IMG/VR virus record: IMGVR_UViG_3300045941_000233 | Span: 32,001 to 96,000 of that record | DNA: 64,000 bases | Origin: a virus | Strand: one strand, 5' to 3' | In this document: positions 26,866 through 34,834 of the stretch, piece by piece | Layout of the letters: each line of letters starts with the position of its first letter | Position numbering within the stretch: position 1 is the first letter of the stretch | Notes under the pieces: model-generated | Seen by the model: only the letters and a program-made list of their open reading frames with translations | What the model was told of the DNA's origin: nothing | The model's database searches: none | Position numbers and translations under genes: made by a program

Positions 26866-27035
26866 TGCGCGAGCTCATCACCAAACCGATCGACTCACGG
26901 CCACGCGCCTCTTGCGTTTTTTGCGCGGACGCGGGGACAGTGACAGTCGAGAAAGACGGCCGGCAGACGAAAGTCGCCTGCCCGCACTGCACCAAAAAAC
27001 CAGACACTTCAAATCTTGTCACTAAGGGGGTTTAG
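26865..27035 (+). CDS. 56-aa zinc-ribbon protein (not in ORF track)
   Basis: GTG start overlaps the previous TAG. VRELITKPIDSRPRASCVFCADAGTVTVEKDGRQTKVACPHCTKKPDTSNLVTKGV* fills the gap exactly. Confidence 0.6.
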   Translation: MRELITKPIDSRPRASCVFCADAGTVTVEKDGRQTKVACPHCTKKPDTSNLVTKGV

Positions 27036-27037
27036 TC

Positions 27038-27343
27038 ATGGCCGAAAGCACAATCAGGATCGCACTGAAGAAAGTCCGCGACTTCCTTTCCTACGTCGCG
27101 CCGATCACTCCCATCAAGACCGACGATGCGCTGGTGGTCGTAATCGATGCGCTCCTGGCCGACGTTTTGCTTTTCGGGTGGTTCACCGTGAAGGTTGCCG
27201 AAGATCAAGCCGGCAAGCTGTCACTGGAAGCGGCCGAACCGCCGCAAGAGCTCCGCGGCCCGCTGGCCGATCGCCGGATCGAATGGAAGAAACTCATCGA
27301 AATGGCGCCGACGATTATTAGCCTTGTGAAGCTGTTTCTGTAG
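27038..27343 (+). CDS. small hydrophobic hypothetical protein
   Basis: TPIKTDDALVVVIDALLADVLLFGWF. Confidence 0.6.
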   Translation: MAESTIRIALKKVRDFLSYVAPITPIKTDDALVVVIDALLADVLLFGWFTVKVAEDQAGKLSLEAAEPPQELRGPLADRRIEWKKLIEMAPTIISLVKLFL

Positions 27344-27388
27344 TCCAGCGTCGATCGACGCTATCTCTGCAGATCGAAAGAGGGGCCA

Positions 27389-28057
27389 ATGCCTGGCGAG
27401 TTACAACCGGTCGAAGAGCAGATCCTTTTCTGTCGCAATCCCGAGCAGTTTGGCGACGGGACGGCCCTGAACATCCTTCGAACCAATCGTCCCAAATGGT
27501 GGATCGTCAGAACTCCATCCTGGCTGACAGTCGATCAACTGAATCAGATTTTCGAAGCTGGCGTGAATCGTTGGTCGAAGGTGGCGAACGTCTATGCCAC
27601 CCGCGCGGACTCCATGGAGCTCGCGGACTGGATCATCGACGCGCAGAGCATCGACGGCCCGGGAAAGATTTTGGCCGACGCCGAGCTACCCGGCTTTTCC
27701 CGCCAGCAGAAAGTCCGGATCGACATTGCCGAGTCGGCGCTGCGCGATCGAATGTCTGACATTTTGGGCCATGAGGGCGGCCACCTATACGGCCTGCATC
27801 ACTTTTCGTCGGCGCCGCCGCCGGAGTGGATGGAACCGACGCTGGGCGTTGTGAACACGCCACAGCAGGCGGAAGCATCGCTGATGGCGCAGCTTTATGG
27901 CCTGCCGCAGTCAACTCCGCCGGGCTCCGGACCGAGCATTCCGCCGGTCGTCAGCACTTGCCGGATCGAGGTTGTTGACGGCATCGCGAAAGCGTCAATC
28001 AGTGTTCAGCAAGCCAACAAAAAGGCGATGCTGGACGGCAACAAGCAAATGGTTTAA
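27389..28057 (+). CDS. matrixin-like (M10/metzincin) metallopeptidase
   Basis: DGPGKILADAELP, HEGGHLYGLHH zinc motif, Met-turn WMEP. Confidence 0.8.
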   Translation: MPGELQPVEEQILFCRNPEQFGDGTALNILRTNRPKWWIVRTPSWLTVDQLNQIFEAGVNRWSKVANVYATRADSMELADWIIDAQSIDGPGKILADAELPGFSRQQKVRIDIAESALRDRMSDILGHEGGHLYGLHHFSSAPPPEWMEPTLGVVNTPQQAEASLMAQLYGLPQSTPPGSGPSIPPVVSTCRIEVVDGIAKASISVQQANKKAMLDGNKQMV

Positions 28058-28076
28058 CGAAAACCCCGGGGGCGGG

Positions 28077-29783
28077 ATGTTTGGAGTTCTGTTTGTGCTG
28101 GCCACTATGGGCCAGATCGATATTCCACCGCTGCCCGGCTACTTGCCGGCGGCCGTCGCTCCTGCGCCGCAGCAAGTCGCGCCAATTGTCGAAGCGGTTC
28201 GCGTTCCGGACACCACGGATTATGTGGCATGGGCTGTGCAGGATCTAATGCTCCGCCAGCCGACGGACCGGCCATTCATGCGATACCTGGCCGTTCCCGC
28301 GTGGGGCGACATTAGCTGGCATCACGTCAATTCGTACATGGTCAATTCGGCCATCAGCCAGTCGAGCGTTACCGTGCGTCCGGAAGGAACCGCCGGCGGC
28401 TGGATGATCGTTTGGGATTTGCGGCGACTGGCGCCGAAAGAACATGATCTAAAGCGATTGCTGGCCGTCTGGGACGCTTTAGCGCACGGAGAGCCCTATT
28501 TCCATGTCGAGCTACCGCAAGGAAAACAAGTCGCCTGTCGGCAATACACCCATCTCGACGGCAAAATCTACACCCAGCGGCGATTTGTCCCCGCTCCGCA
28601 TGTTGCCGAAGGTTATGGCATCTTGGAGCGCGAGACTGCGGCTTTCGCGCCGCTTCTCCGGGCGGACTATTTTCTGAGGCGAGTCGCCAGCACGGTTGAT
28701 GGCGGTCTGTATTACCACTTCATCGGCTTCATCAGTGGCGGTAAGCGGCTGACCGAAACCGAGATTTTCAAGCTGGTTGGCCTGGACGTGGCACTTTCCC
28801 GCGGGGTCGAAGGCGACGACCGGGCGGCCGTGTTCCAGTCGGCAGTGACTGGCAAGCCGCGCACGGTCGAACAAGTCCAGGGCGCCATTGGTAAAGCGCG
28901 GATTACCTACGATCTATTCGACGAAGACGTCGAAGCCGGCCGGCATCCGATTTACGAATTGCTCGACTTTGTGAAGCGAGCTCGCGGCAAGGAATTGATT
29001 TACGAGCGGCAGAACGGGACTCTCGGCTATTTCCTGGCTGACGGCGAAGGGAAATTGGTCGATGTTGCCCCGCCAAATCTCGCCAGCGACCACAACACTC
29101 CGGCGCCGGTGACGAAGCAGCTTTTCCCGCCGCTTAGCTGCATTCGCTGCCACGGCCCGCATAGTGGCGTCCAGATCGTCCGAAACGACGTGCAGACGCT
29201 GTTAAGCGGCGGCAGCGGCGAAGTCGATTTGTTCGATGACCTGACCAGCAAGGACAACCGCTTCGCTACCGTCGATCGACTGGCTGGCCTGTATGCCGCG
29301 GCCGACGCTTTCAATTTCGACGCTGAACTGTCCCGCTCGCGGCATGCCGACGCCATTTTTCGGGCAACCCGCGGGATGGGTGTTCGCGAGCGCGAAAACG
29401 TAGCCTCCAAAGCCGCGGCCAAGCTGTCCGAGCAATTCGCCGACTATTGGTATCCCCGATCGCCGACCGAAGCGAACGTGAACGCCGACCGGGCTTGTCT
29501 GGAACTTGGCTGGCGAGTGCCGCCGGGAGATGGCTCCGCATTCTTGAATCAGACACTGCGGCCGCATCGCGTGGACTTTTCGGTCCAGGGCGTGCCTGTC
29601 GAGTCGGCCGATCCGGCCCTGGCTGCATTGCGGCGACTGAAAACGAACCCCGATGGGACGCTGTTCCTCCAAAACGGAAAGCCGGTTAGCGCCGGCCTGA
29701 CGATCCGGCGACAGGACTTGGATCGAATCTATCCATACGCCGCCGGCCAGATGATCGAAGCTCGAAAGAACCCAAAACCTTAA
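28077..29783 (+). CDS. exported protein with a c-type haem motif
   Basis: Hydrophobic N-terminus MFGVLFVLATMGQ and SCIRCHG. Confidence 0.65.
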   Translation: MFGVLFVLATMGQIDIPPLPGYLPAAVAPAPQQVAPIVEAVRVPDTTDYVAWAVQDLMLRQPTDRPFMRYLAVPAWGDISWHHVNSYMVNSAISQSSVTVRPEGTAGGWMIVWDLRRLAPKEHDLKRLLAVWDALAHGEPYFHVELPQGKQVACRQYTHLDGKIYTQRRFVPAPHVAEGYGILERETAAFAPLLRADYFLRRVASTVDGGLYYHFIGFISGGKRLTETEIFKLVGLDVALSRGVEGDDRAAVFQSAVTGKPRTVEQVQGAIGKARITYDLFDEDVEAGRHPIYELLDFVKRARGKELIYERQNGTLGYFLADGEGKLVDVAPPNLASDHNTPAPVTKQLFPPLSCIRCHGPHSGVQIVRNDVQTLLSGGSGEVDLFDDLTSKDNRFATVDRLAGLYAAADAFNFDAELSRSRHADAIFRATRGMGVRERENVASKAAAKLSEQFADYWYPRSPTEANVNADRACLELGWRVPPGDGSAFLNQTLRPHRVDFSVQGVPVESADPALAALRRLKTNPDGTLFLQNGKPVSAGLTIRRQDLDRIYPYAAGQMIEARKNPKP

Positions 29784-29800
29784 TCCGAAAGGATCAAAAA

Positions 29801-30661
29801 ATGAAACGGTTACTGGCTTTGCTTGTATTGCTTGCTGTCTGGCTTACTGCAACTCCGGCCGATGCCTGCCACCGGTGCGGGATTTTCGGCCGTGGCTGCC
29901 GGTTTAATCACGTTCCGGCGGTCATTCACGCGGCGCCTTACGTCGCTCCGGCCTACGGCAACCAGACTTTTAATTTCATCAACAGCTACCCCCTGAACCT
30001 TATTCCTGGCGGCAATTCGGTGTACGGCTACAACCTAGCCGCCCAGCCGCTGGCTCTCGACGTTCCGCTGGTGCTCGATCGCTCCGCCCGACTGGCCGAA
30101 GCGTTTTCCGTCGGCGCCGTGCAGGCCCTGAACGGCCACAATGCCAACGTCCAAGGCGCTTTATCGCTGGTGGACGGCATCGATCGCCGATCGAAAAACA
30201 TTCAGGCATTTACGGCGACACTGCAGGCCAACAATGGAGCTCAGCCGGTCCAGTCCCCGCCGTCGCTGTCTTTTCGCGTGACTGTCGGCGCCGACGGCCA
30301 GCCGAAAGTTGAGCGATTGGAAGCCGGCAAACCATGCCCCGACGGCAATTGTCCAGATCCGGCAATCCCGCCGCCGTCGCCCATCCAGGCCCCCGAGCAG
30401 CCGCTGACGCCCAAGCAAACCGGATTGCAGTACCGCGGCCAGTCGCTGGGAGTGCTTTCGGCCGTTTGCGGTAAATGCCACGACGGGCTTGGCACAAAAG
30501 ACACTCCGCTTGGATTGGTCATTGACGATCGCGCCGTACTTACGCCAGATCAAAGGAAGCTGGCCTTGAAAAAAGTCGAGGCAGGAAAAATGCCGCCCCC
30601 GGGCTCGATAGCCGTCAGCATCGACGTCTTGAATAGCGTCCGGGCGGCCCTGGCAAACTGA
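29801..30661 (+). CDS. secreted protein with a C-terminal cytochrome c-like domain
   Basis: Sec signal MKRLLALLVLLAVWLTATPADA; CGKCH plus distal GKMPP Met ligand. Confidence 0.75.
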   Translation: MKRLLALLVLLAVWLTATPADACHRCGIFGRGCRFNHVPAVIHAAPYVAPAYGNQTFNFINSYPLNLIPGGNSVYGYNLAAQPLALDVPLVLDRSARLAEAFSVGAVQALNGHNANVQGALSLVDGIDRRSKNIQAFTATLQANNGAQPVQSPPSLSFRVTVGADGQPKVERLEAGKPCPDGNCPDPAIPPPSPIQAPEQPLTPKQTGLQYRGQSLGVLSAVCGKCHDGLGTKDTPLGLVIDDRAVLTPDQRKLALKKVEAGKMPPPGSIAVSIDVLNSVRAALAN

Positions 30662-30708
30662 ATCGTTCCGTTTGATTAACCAAAAACCTTAACCGAAAGG
30701 AAAGTTTT

Positions 30709-30957
30709 ATGAAGTTCGTTCTCTCCGTCGCCGCGGCCGTCGCCTTGCTGGCTGCTACCGCCGGCACCGCGAATGCGTTCCACGGTCCCGCCGCTCAGGC
30801 ATTTCGGAATGCCGGCAATCGGCAAGCCTTCCGTCAGGCGCAGCGGCTGAACAACCACCACCACGGCCGCCAGGCAATTTTACTTGTCCCGGTGGCTCCG
30901 CCAGTGCAGACATTTGTCGCCCCCAGCGGCGCCATTCTGCAGTTTCGGTCGTACTAG
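30709..30957 (+). CDS. small secreted protein
   Basis: Signal peptide ending ANA; QAFR repeats. Confidence 0.7.
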   Translation: MKFVLSVAAAVALLAATAGTANAFHGPAAQAFRNAGNRQAFRQAQRLNNHHHGRQAILLVPVAPPVQTFVAPSGAILQFRSY

Positions 30958-30971
30958 GCCCGTATCGTCCA

Positions 30972-31307
30972 ATGCGTTTCGACATTTACCACCATCACGA
31001 ACACGATTCAGCGCTTCGAAAGTCACTTTCTGACATTTCGATGGCGATGGCATCGATACTTGGAAAGGTACTTCGCATGTCCGCATCCCTTGATCGCCTC
31101 ACCCGCGAGGTAGGCGAGATGAAAGAGCAGGTCAATTCCGCCGCGGAGAAGTTTGGAAAACTGGCAGAGCAAATCCGCCAGTTGAAAGACGACCCCGCGA
31201 AATTGGAGGCATTGGCCGACGACCTTGATGCCCAGCAGGCCACCTTGAAGTCGGCCGGCGATGCAGCTAGTCCGCCGGACGAACCGCCGGCAGAGCCGCC
31301 CGCATAG
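30972..31307 (+). CDS. coiled-coil hypothetical protein
   Basis: MSASLDRLTREV...DDPAKLEALADDL. Confidence 0.65.
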   Translation: MRFDIYHHHEHDSALRKSLSDISMAMASILGKVLRMSASLDRLTREVGEMKEQVNSAAEKFGKLAEQIRQLKDDPAKLEALADDLDAQQATLKSAGDAASPPDEPPAEPPA

Positions 31308-31336
31308 TTTTGCGCGTCTCCGCACCGCAAACCCTT

Positions 31337-31374
31337 ACAGCCGACGGCTTAACTGCCGCCGGCTGTTTTCGTTT
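31337..31374 (+). terminator. Rho-independent terminator
   Basis: ACAGCCGACGGC/GCCGCCGGCTGT stem plus TTTCGTTT. Confidence 0.6.
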
Positions 31375-31480
31375 GCCAGTCCAAGCTATTGCCGGTTTTT
31401 GCGCCTTTCCAGCAATATCTAGCTAGGCTCCGGGGGCGTGGCCGAGGCTTTCGTATTGTCCTCGTTGGTCGTCCAAAACC

Positions 31481-31864
31481 ATGCCCCAAGATCAAATCGA
31501 ATGGTTGCTGAAGACCGGCAGCATTTACGGGCTCGGATTTGCGGCCCTTGCTGTCGGCGTGTCGATGGCCTTTTATTTTTTGTGGCGGATTGGTCTGGGA
31601 GTGGCCAACTTCGTTGACGACGTGCGGACGAAATGGTTTCCGAATGTCGTCACCGGGCATTTGGCGTTTCTGTCGCGAACACAGGAGTCAAATGACGCCA
31701 CCCTGGCCGCGGTCGAAAAGATGACAGCCGGCCATGCCGTTTCCAGCGACAGCCACGAAAAAACTCACCGCGCTTTGGAATACATCGCCAGAGCACAGGC
31801 CGAGGGAGACGTTTGCGAAGACGCGCGAGCGTTTCTGGTCGAAGCCGTGAAGATTTTGAAGTAA
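31481..31864 (+). CDS. single-TM membrane protein (holin-like candidate)
   Basis: TM segment IYGLGFAALAVGVSMAFYFLW followed by a soluble C-terminus. Confidence 0.5.
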   Translation: MPQDQIEWLLKTGSIYGLGFAALAVGVSMAFYFLWRIGLGVANFVDDVRTKWFPNVVTGHLAFLSRTQESNDATLAAVEKMTAGHAVSSDSHEKTHRALEYIARAQAEGDVCEDARAFLVEAVKILK

Positions 31865-31889
31865 CCGCCATCAAGGAGAGCCATAAAGC

Positions 31890-32429
31890 ATGTCATTGAC
31901 GCTTGCCCAAAAACAGGCCCTGAAAACTCATGCTCTGAATAATCAAACCCAACTGGCATTTCCGGCCGGGCAGGCAACTATTGCCAGCAAGTTTGCTGCG
32001 GCATCGCTGCAGTCAGCGGACGCGCTGCTAATTGCCAACTGGTATAACTTACTCACTTCGCCGGCGGCGTATGCTTGGCATTTTTCTCGGTCGCGCATGG
32101 ACAATCGGCGCGCGGTGATGAATACGGCCGGGTCAGCGAATCAACTTGACGCGCTAACTGGCGCCAAGCGCGATGCTCTTCTGTGGTGCATTGACGACAC
32201 GATCGATTGCAGACTGGCGGCCGTCCGGACAAGCATCGACGATCTTTGCGGCAGCCAGAACACGCTAAAGGCGGCCATCCTTGACAGCTTCAAGAGGCAG
32301 CTTCGCAATCTTGAGCGCGTGTTTTCTACCGGCGGCGACGGCTCGCTATCAACTCCGCACGACTACGTGTTTGAGGGCACTGTGACCGGCGACGAAATCT
32401 CTGACGTGCACGGCGTAACGCTGCCCTAA
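31890..32429 (+). CDS. hypothetical virion-region protein
   Basis: AAGGAG RBS; 179 aa. Confidence 0.7.
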   Translation: MSLTLAQKQALKTHALNNQTQLAFPAGQATIASKFAAASLQSADALLIANWYNLLTSPAAYAWHFSRSRMDNRRAVMNTAGSANQLDALTGAKRDALLWCIDDTIDCRLAAVRTSIDDLCGSQNTLKAAILDSFKRQLRNLERVFSTGGDGSLSTPHDYVFEGTVTGDEISDVHGVTLP

Positions 32430-32444
32430 TTGGACTAATGCGAA

Positions 32445-33014
32445 ATGCCTAACGAAATCAAGCAAAAGGTTGGCACGCAGCTTCGGTTCTGCGTTAGCGG
32501 CTCGTTCTCTCCGGCCGATTCGGCCACTAACTGGACGATTGGCTCGCCGACTAACGTAACACTGACGCAAAGCGGTCTGGCCAACGGCGCAGGCCGGCAG
32601 TCCGCCAAGTTCGATTTTGGCTCCACCCGGGCAGCAGCCTTCGAATGCCTCGCCGCGGCGGATTTTACCGACGAAACTCCGACGGCGGGCGGCACTATCG
32701 ATTATTACTTCGCGCCATCGACCAGCACCACGCAGGCAGACGGCAACGTCGCCGGAAACTCGGGGGCGGACGGCGCCGCGCCGGACGGCGCTTTGGGCTC
32801 GATCACGCTGGCCGAGTTCCTGAAGCAGTGCATTTTTATTGGGTCGCTTGTGACGCATGACGGGGCCGTCGTGCAGAACGGTTTTGTTGGAATTCTGCGG
32901 CCCACCAGTCGCTACGGACAGTTGATCGTCGTGAACAACAGCGGCGATGCGCTTGAAGCAGACGACGTGGAAAATCATGTAGTCCTGAACCCAATCGTCG
33001 ATGAGTTTCAATAA
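32445..33014 (+). CDS. putative virion beta-sandwich protein
   Basis: Gly/Ala/Thr-rich beta sequence (LANGAGRQSAKFDFG). Confidence 0.6.
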   Translation: MPNEIKQKVGTQLRFCVSGSFSPADSATNWTIGSPTNVTLTQSGLANGAGRQSAKFDFGSTRAAAFECLAAADFTDETPTAGGTIDYYFAPSTSTTQADGNVAGNSGADGAAPDGALGSITLAEFLKQCIFIGSLVTHDGAVVQNGFVGILRPTSRYGQLIVVNNSGDALEADDVENHVVLNPIVDEFQ

Positions 33015-33840
33015 ACACGGCTGGCTTGACAGTGCTACTCCTGTCAATTGGTTCCACCCCCTCAATCGCGGCCTTGTGGCCGAGTGGGCGGTAGTACAGC
33101 CAGGCTACGGGGGGACTGCTTTTCGTAATCTGGTTACTCGCGGTCTGGTTAAAAACGGCGCCAACAACGCCAATATCACATGGCTGCGCCGGAATCTGGT
33201 TTTCAATGGGACCAATACCAGAGTCAGCCTGGACGACTCGTCTGCGCTCATTGCCTCCGGTGATTTTTCCATCGTCAGCATCTACACTCCCACCGATGCC
33301 GTGTCGGGGGGCATGATCTACCGGATGGGCGACAACCCATCGGACAACGACGCCAACTTACAGCAAGGCAATCTATTCAATGGTGGCACCGCCAGCCGCA
33401 TTTCTCTCATCCACTACAGCGCTGGGTGGCAGGTCTGCACTGGCGCTACGGATCTTGTGAATGGCCGTCGATACTGGGCGGCTGGGACTTTCAGCGGAAC
33501 TAATGGCAGTGTCGTGTACTTGAACGGAGTGGCGGACGGCACAGATGGCAACACTACCCGCGGCGGAGTGCCTTCCACGCATGCCGCCATTGGGGCTAAT
33601 GCCGTCACCGACCAGTATTACCTAAACGGATCCATAGAGAGCGTATTACTCTACAACCGGGCGCTCACCGCCGGCGAATGCTTGTCCTTGTATAAGGAAA
33701 TGATGCAGGACAATCCCTTCCGATGGAATTGGATCAACAACAGCTTAGTCAGGAATGTAGGCGCGGCATTAAAATCGAGGGGACTGCTTAGCGGCGGTAA
33801 TCTGCTAGGCCAGGGGATGCTTTCCGGCGGAAGGCTTTAG
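33001..33840 (+). CDS. LamG/concanavalin-A-like lectin-fold virion protein
   Basis: HPLNRGLVAEW, VFNGTN, YWAAGTFSG..VVYLNG, GSIESVLLYNRALTAGE. Confidence 0.8.
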   Translation: MSFNKHGWLDSATPVNWFHPLNRGLVAEWAVVQPGYGGTAFRNLVTRGLVKNGANNANITWLRRNLVFNGTNTRVSLDDSSALIASGDFSIVSIYTPTDAVSGGMIYRMGDNPSDNDANLQQGNLFNGGTASRISLIHYSAGWQVCTGATDLVNGRRYWAAGTFSGTNGSVVYLNGVADGTDGNTTRGGVPSTHAAIGANAVTDQYYLNGSIESVLLYNRALTAGECLSLYKEMMQDNPFRWNWINNSLVRNVGAALKSRGLLSGGNLLGQGMLSGGRL

Positions 33841-33844
33841 TCCA

Positions 33845-34549
33845 ATGGGATTCAAAGGCATTGACGTTCGAGAAACCGGCGACAGGATCGTCGTACGCGC
33901 GTTTTTGCTGGATTCTTCCGGCGCAAAGGTGACGTCCGGGGAAGCCTCGCTGTATCTCTATGAACTTCAGTCCGACGGGTCTTTGAAGTCGTTTGATTTT
34001 CGCGACCTGACTTTCAAGACCACCAATCTGCACTCGGAAACACTGGCGCTCACCCACCAGACCGGCAACAACGGCCAGACCAATACGGGGATCTGGACCG
34101 GCGCTTTTGAAGTCGATCGCACGCTCGAATCTTCATCGTCGCAGTGGTCTAGCCAGTCTGGCGATTCATTTTCGTCCGAGTCCAGCATCAATGAAGAAAC
34201 GGAATTCACGAAGGGCAATATTTACATCGCGCTCGTAAACCACTCTTCCGCAAGCCCGCCCTGGCAGGGCCGCGAGTTCCAATATGGCGAGGCGGAAGGC
34301 GACGGACTGGCGGCAATTGCTGACGCGACCCTCTTCCGCAACTGGATTACGGCCGTGGCCGAGCTCGAAGCCGATGGCGACTCCGTGCCGGCCCGTTCCT
34401 TGATTCAGGCGGCCCGCTTCATTCGCAATAAGTTCAGCACGACCGACAATCCTGGCTTTGTGACGGTTTATGAAGAGGACGACGCGACAGAAGCCTATCA
34501 AAAGGCCCTGACTACAGATCCGGCCGCAGAGCCGATTGTCGAAGGCTAA
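33845..34549 (+). CDS. putative virion protein with an internal Ser-rich insert
   Basis: ESSSSQWSSQSGDSFSSESS insert; C-terminal TVYEEDDATEA..LTTDPAAEPI. Confidence 0.65.
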   Translation: MGFKGIDVRETGDRIVVRAFLLDSSGAKVTSGEASLYLYELQSDGSLKSFDFRDLTFKTTNLHSETLALTHQTGNNGQTNTGIWTGAFEVDRTLESSSSQWSSQSGDSFSSESSINEETEFTKGNIYIALVNHSSASPPWQGREFQYGEAEGDGLAAIADATLFRNWITAVAELEADGDSVPARSLIQAARFIRNKFSTTDNPGFVTVYEEDDATEAYQKALTTDPAAEPIVEG

Positions 34550-34561
34550 CGGGGGTGTCCG

Positions 34562-34834
34562 TTGGCAGAAATAGTTGCCCAGCGCGTATCCAAGGACGAA
34601 ATATACATTCGTGCCGGCGACGGCAAGGACGTCACGATCACGCGCACGCAGATACAGGGTTTTTACGCGGCCCAAACCGGCAACGCCGCTGCGCGCAAGT
34701 CCGCCACCGTCGCCGAGTTCAAGCAGCGCATAGCAACTGCCCTTGGTGTCGCGCAGATCGCGATTGGCAATATCGTCCTGGACTTCAACCCCAGCGACAC
34801 CAATGCGACCCTGACGTCAGAGGTCGTTAGCTAA
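34562..34834 (+). CDS. hypothetical protein
   Basis: TTG start with GGGGG RBS; abuts the next gene. Confidence 0.6.
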   Translation: MAEIVAQRVSKDEIYIRAGDGKDVTITRTQIQGFYAAQTGNAAARKSATVAEFKQRIATALGVAQIAIGNIVLDFNPSDTNATLTSEVVS

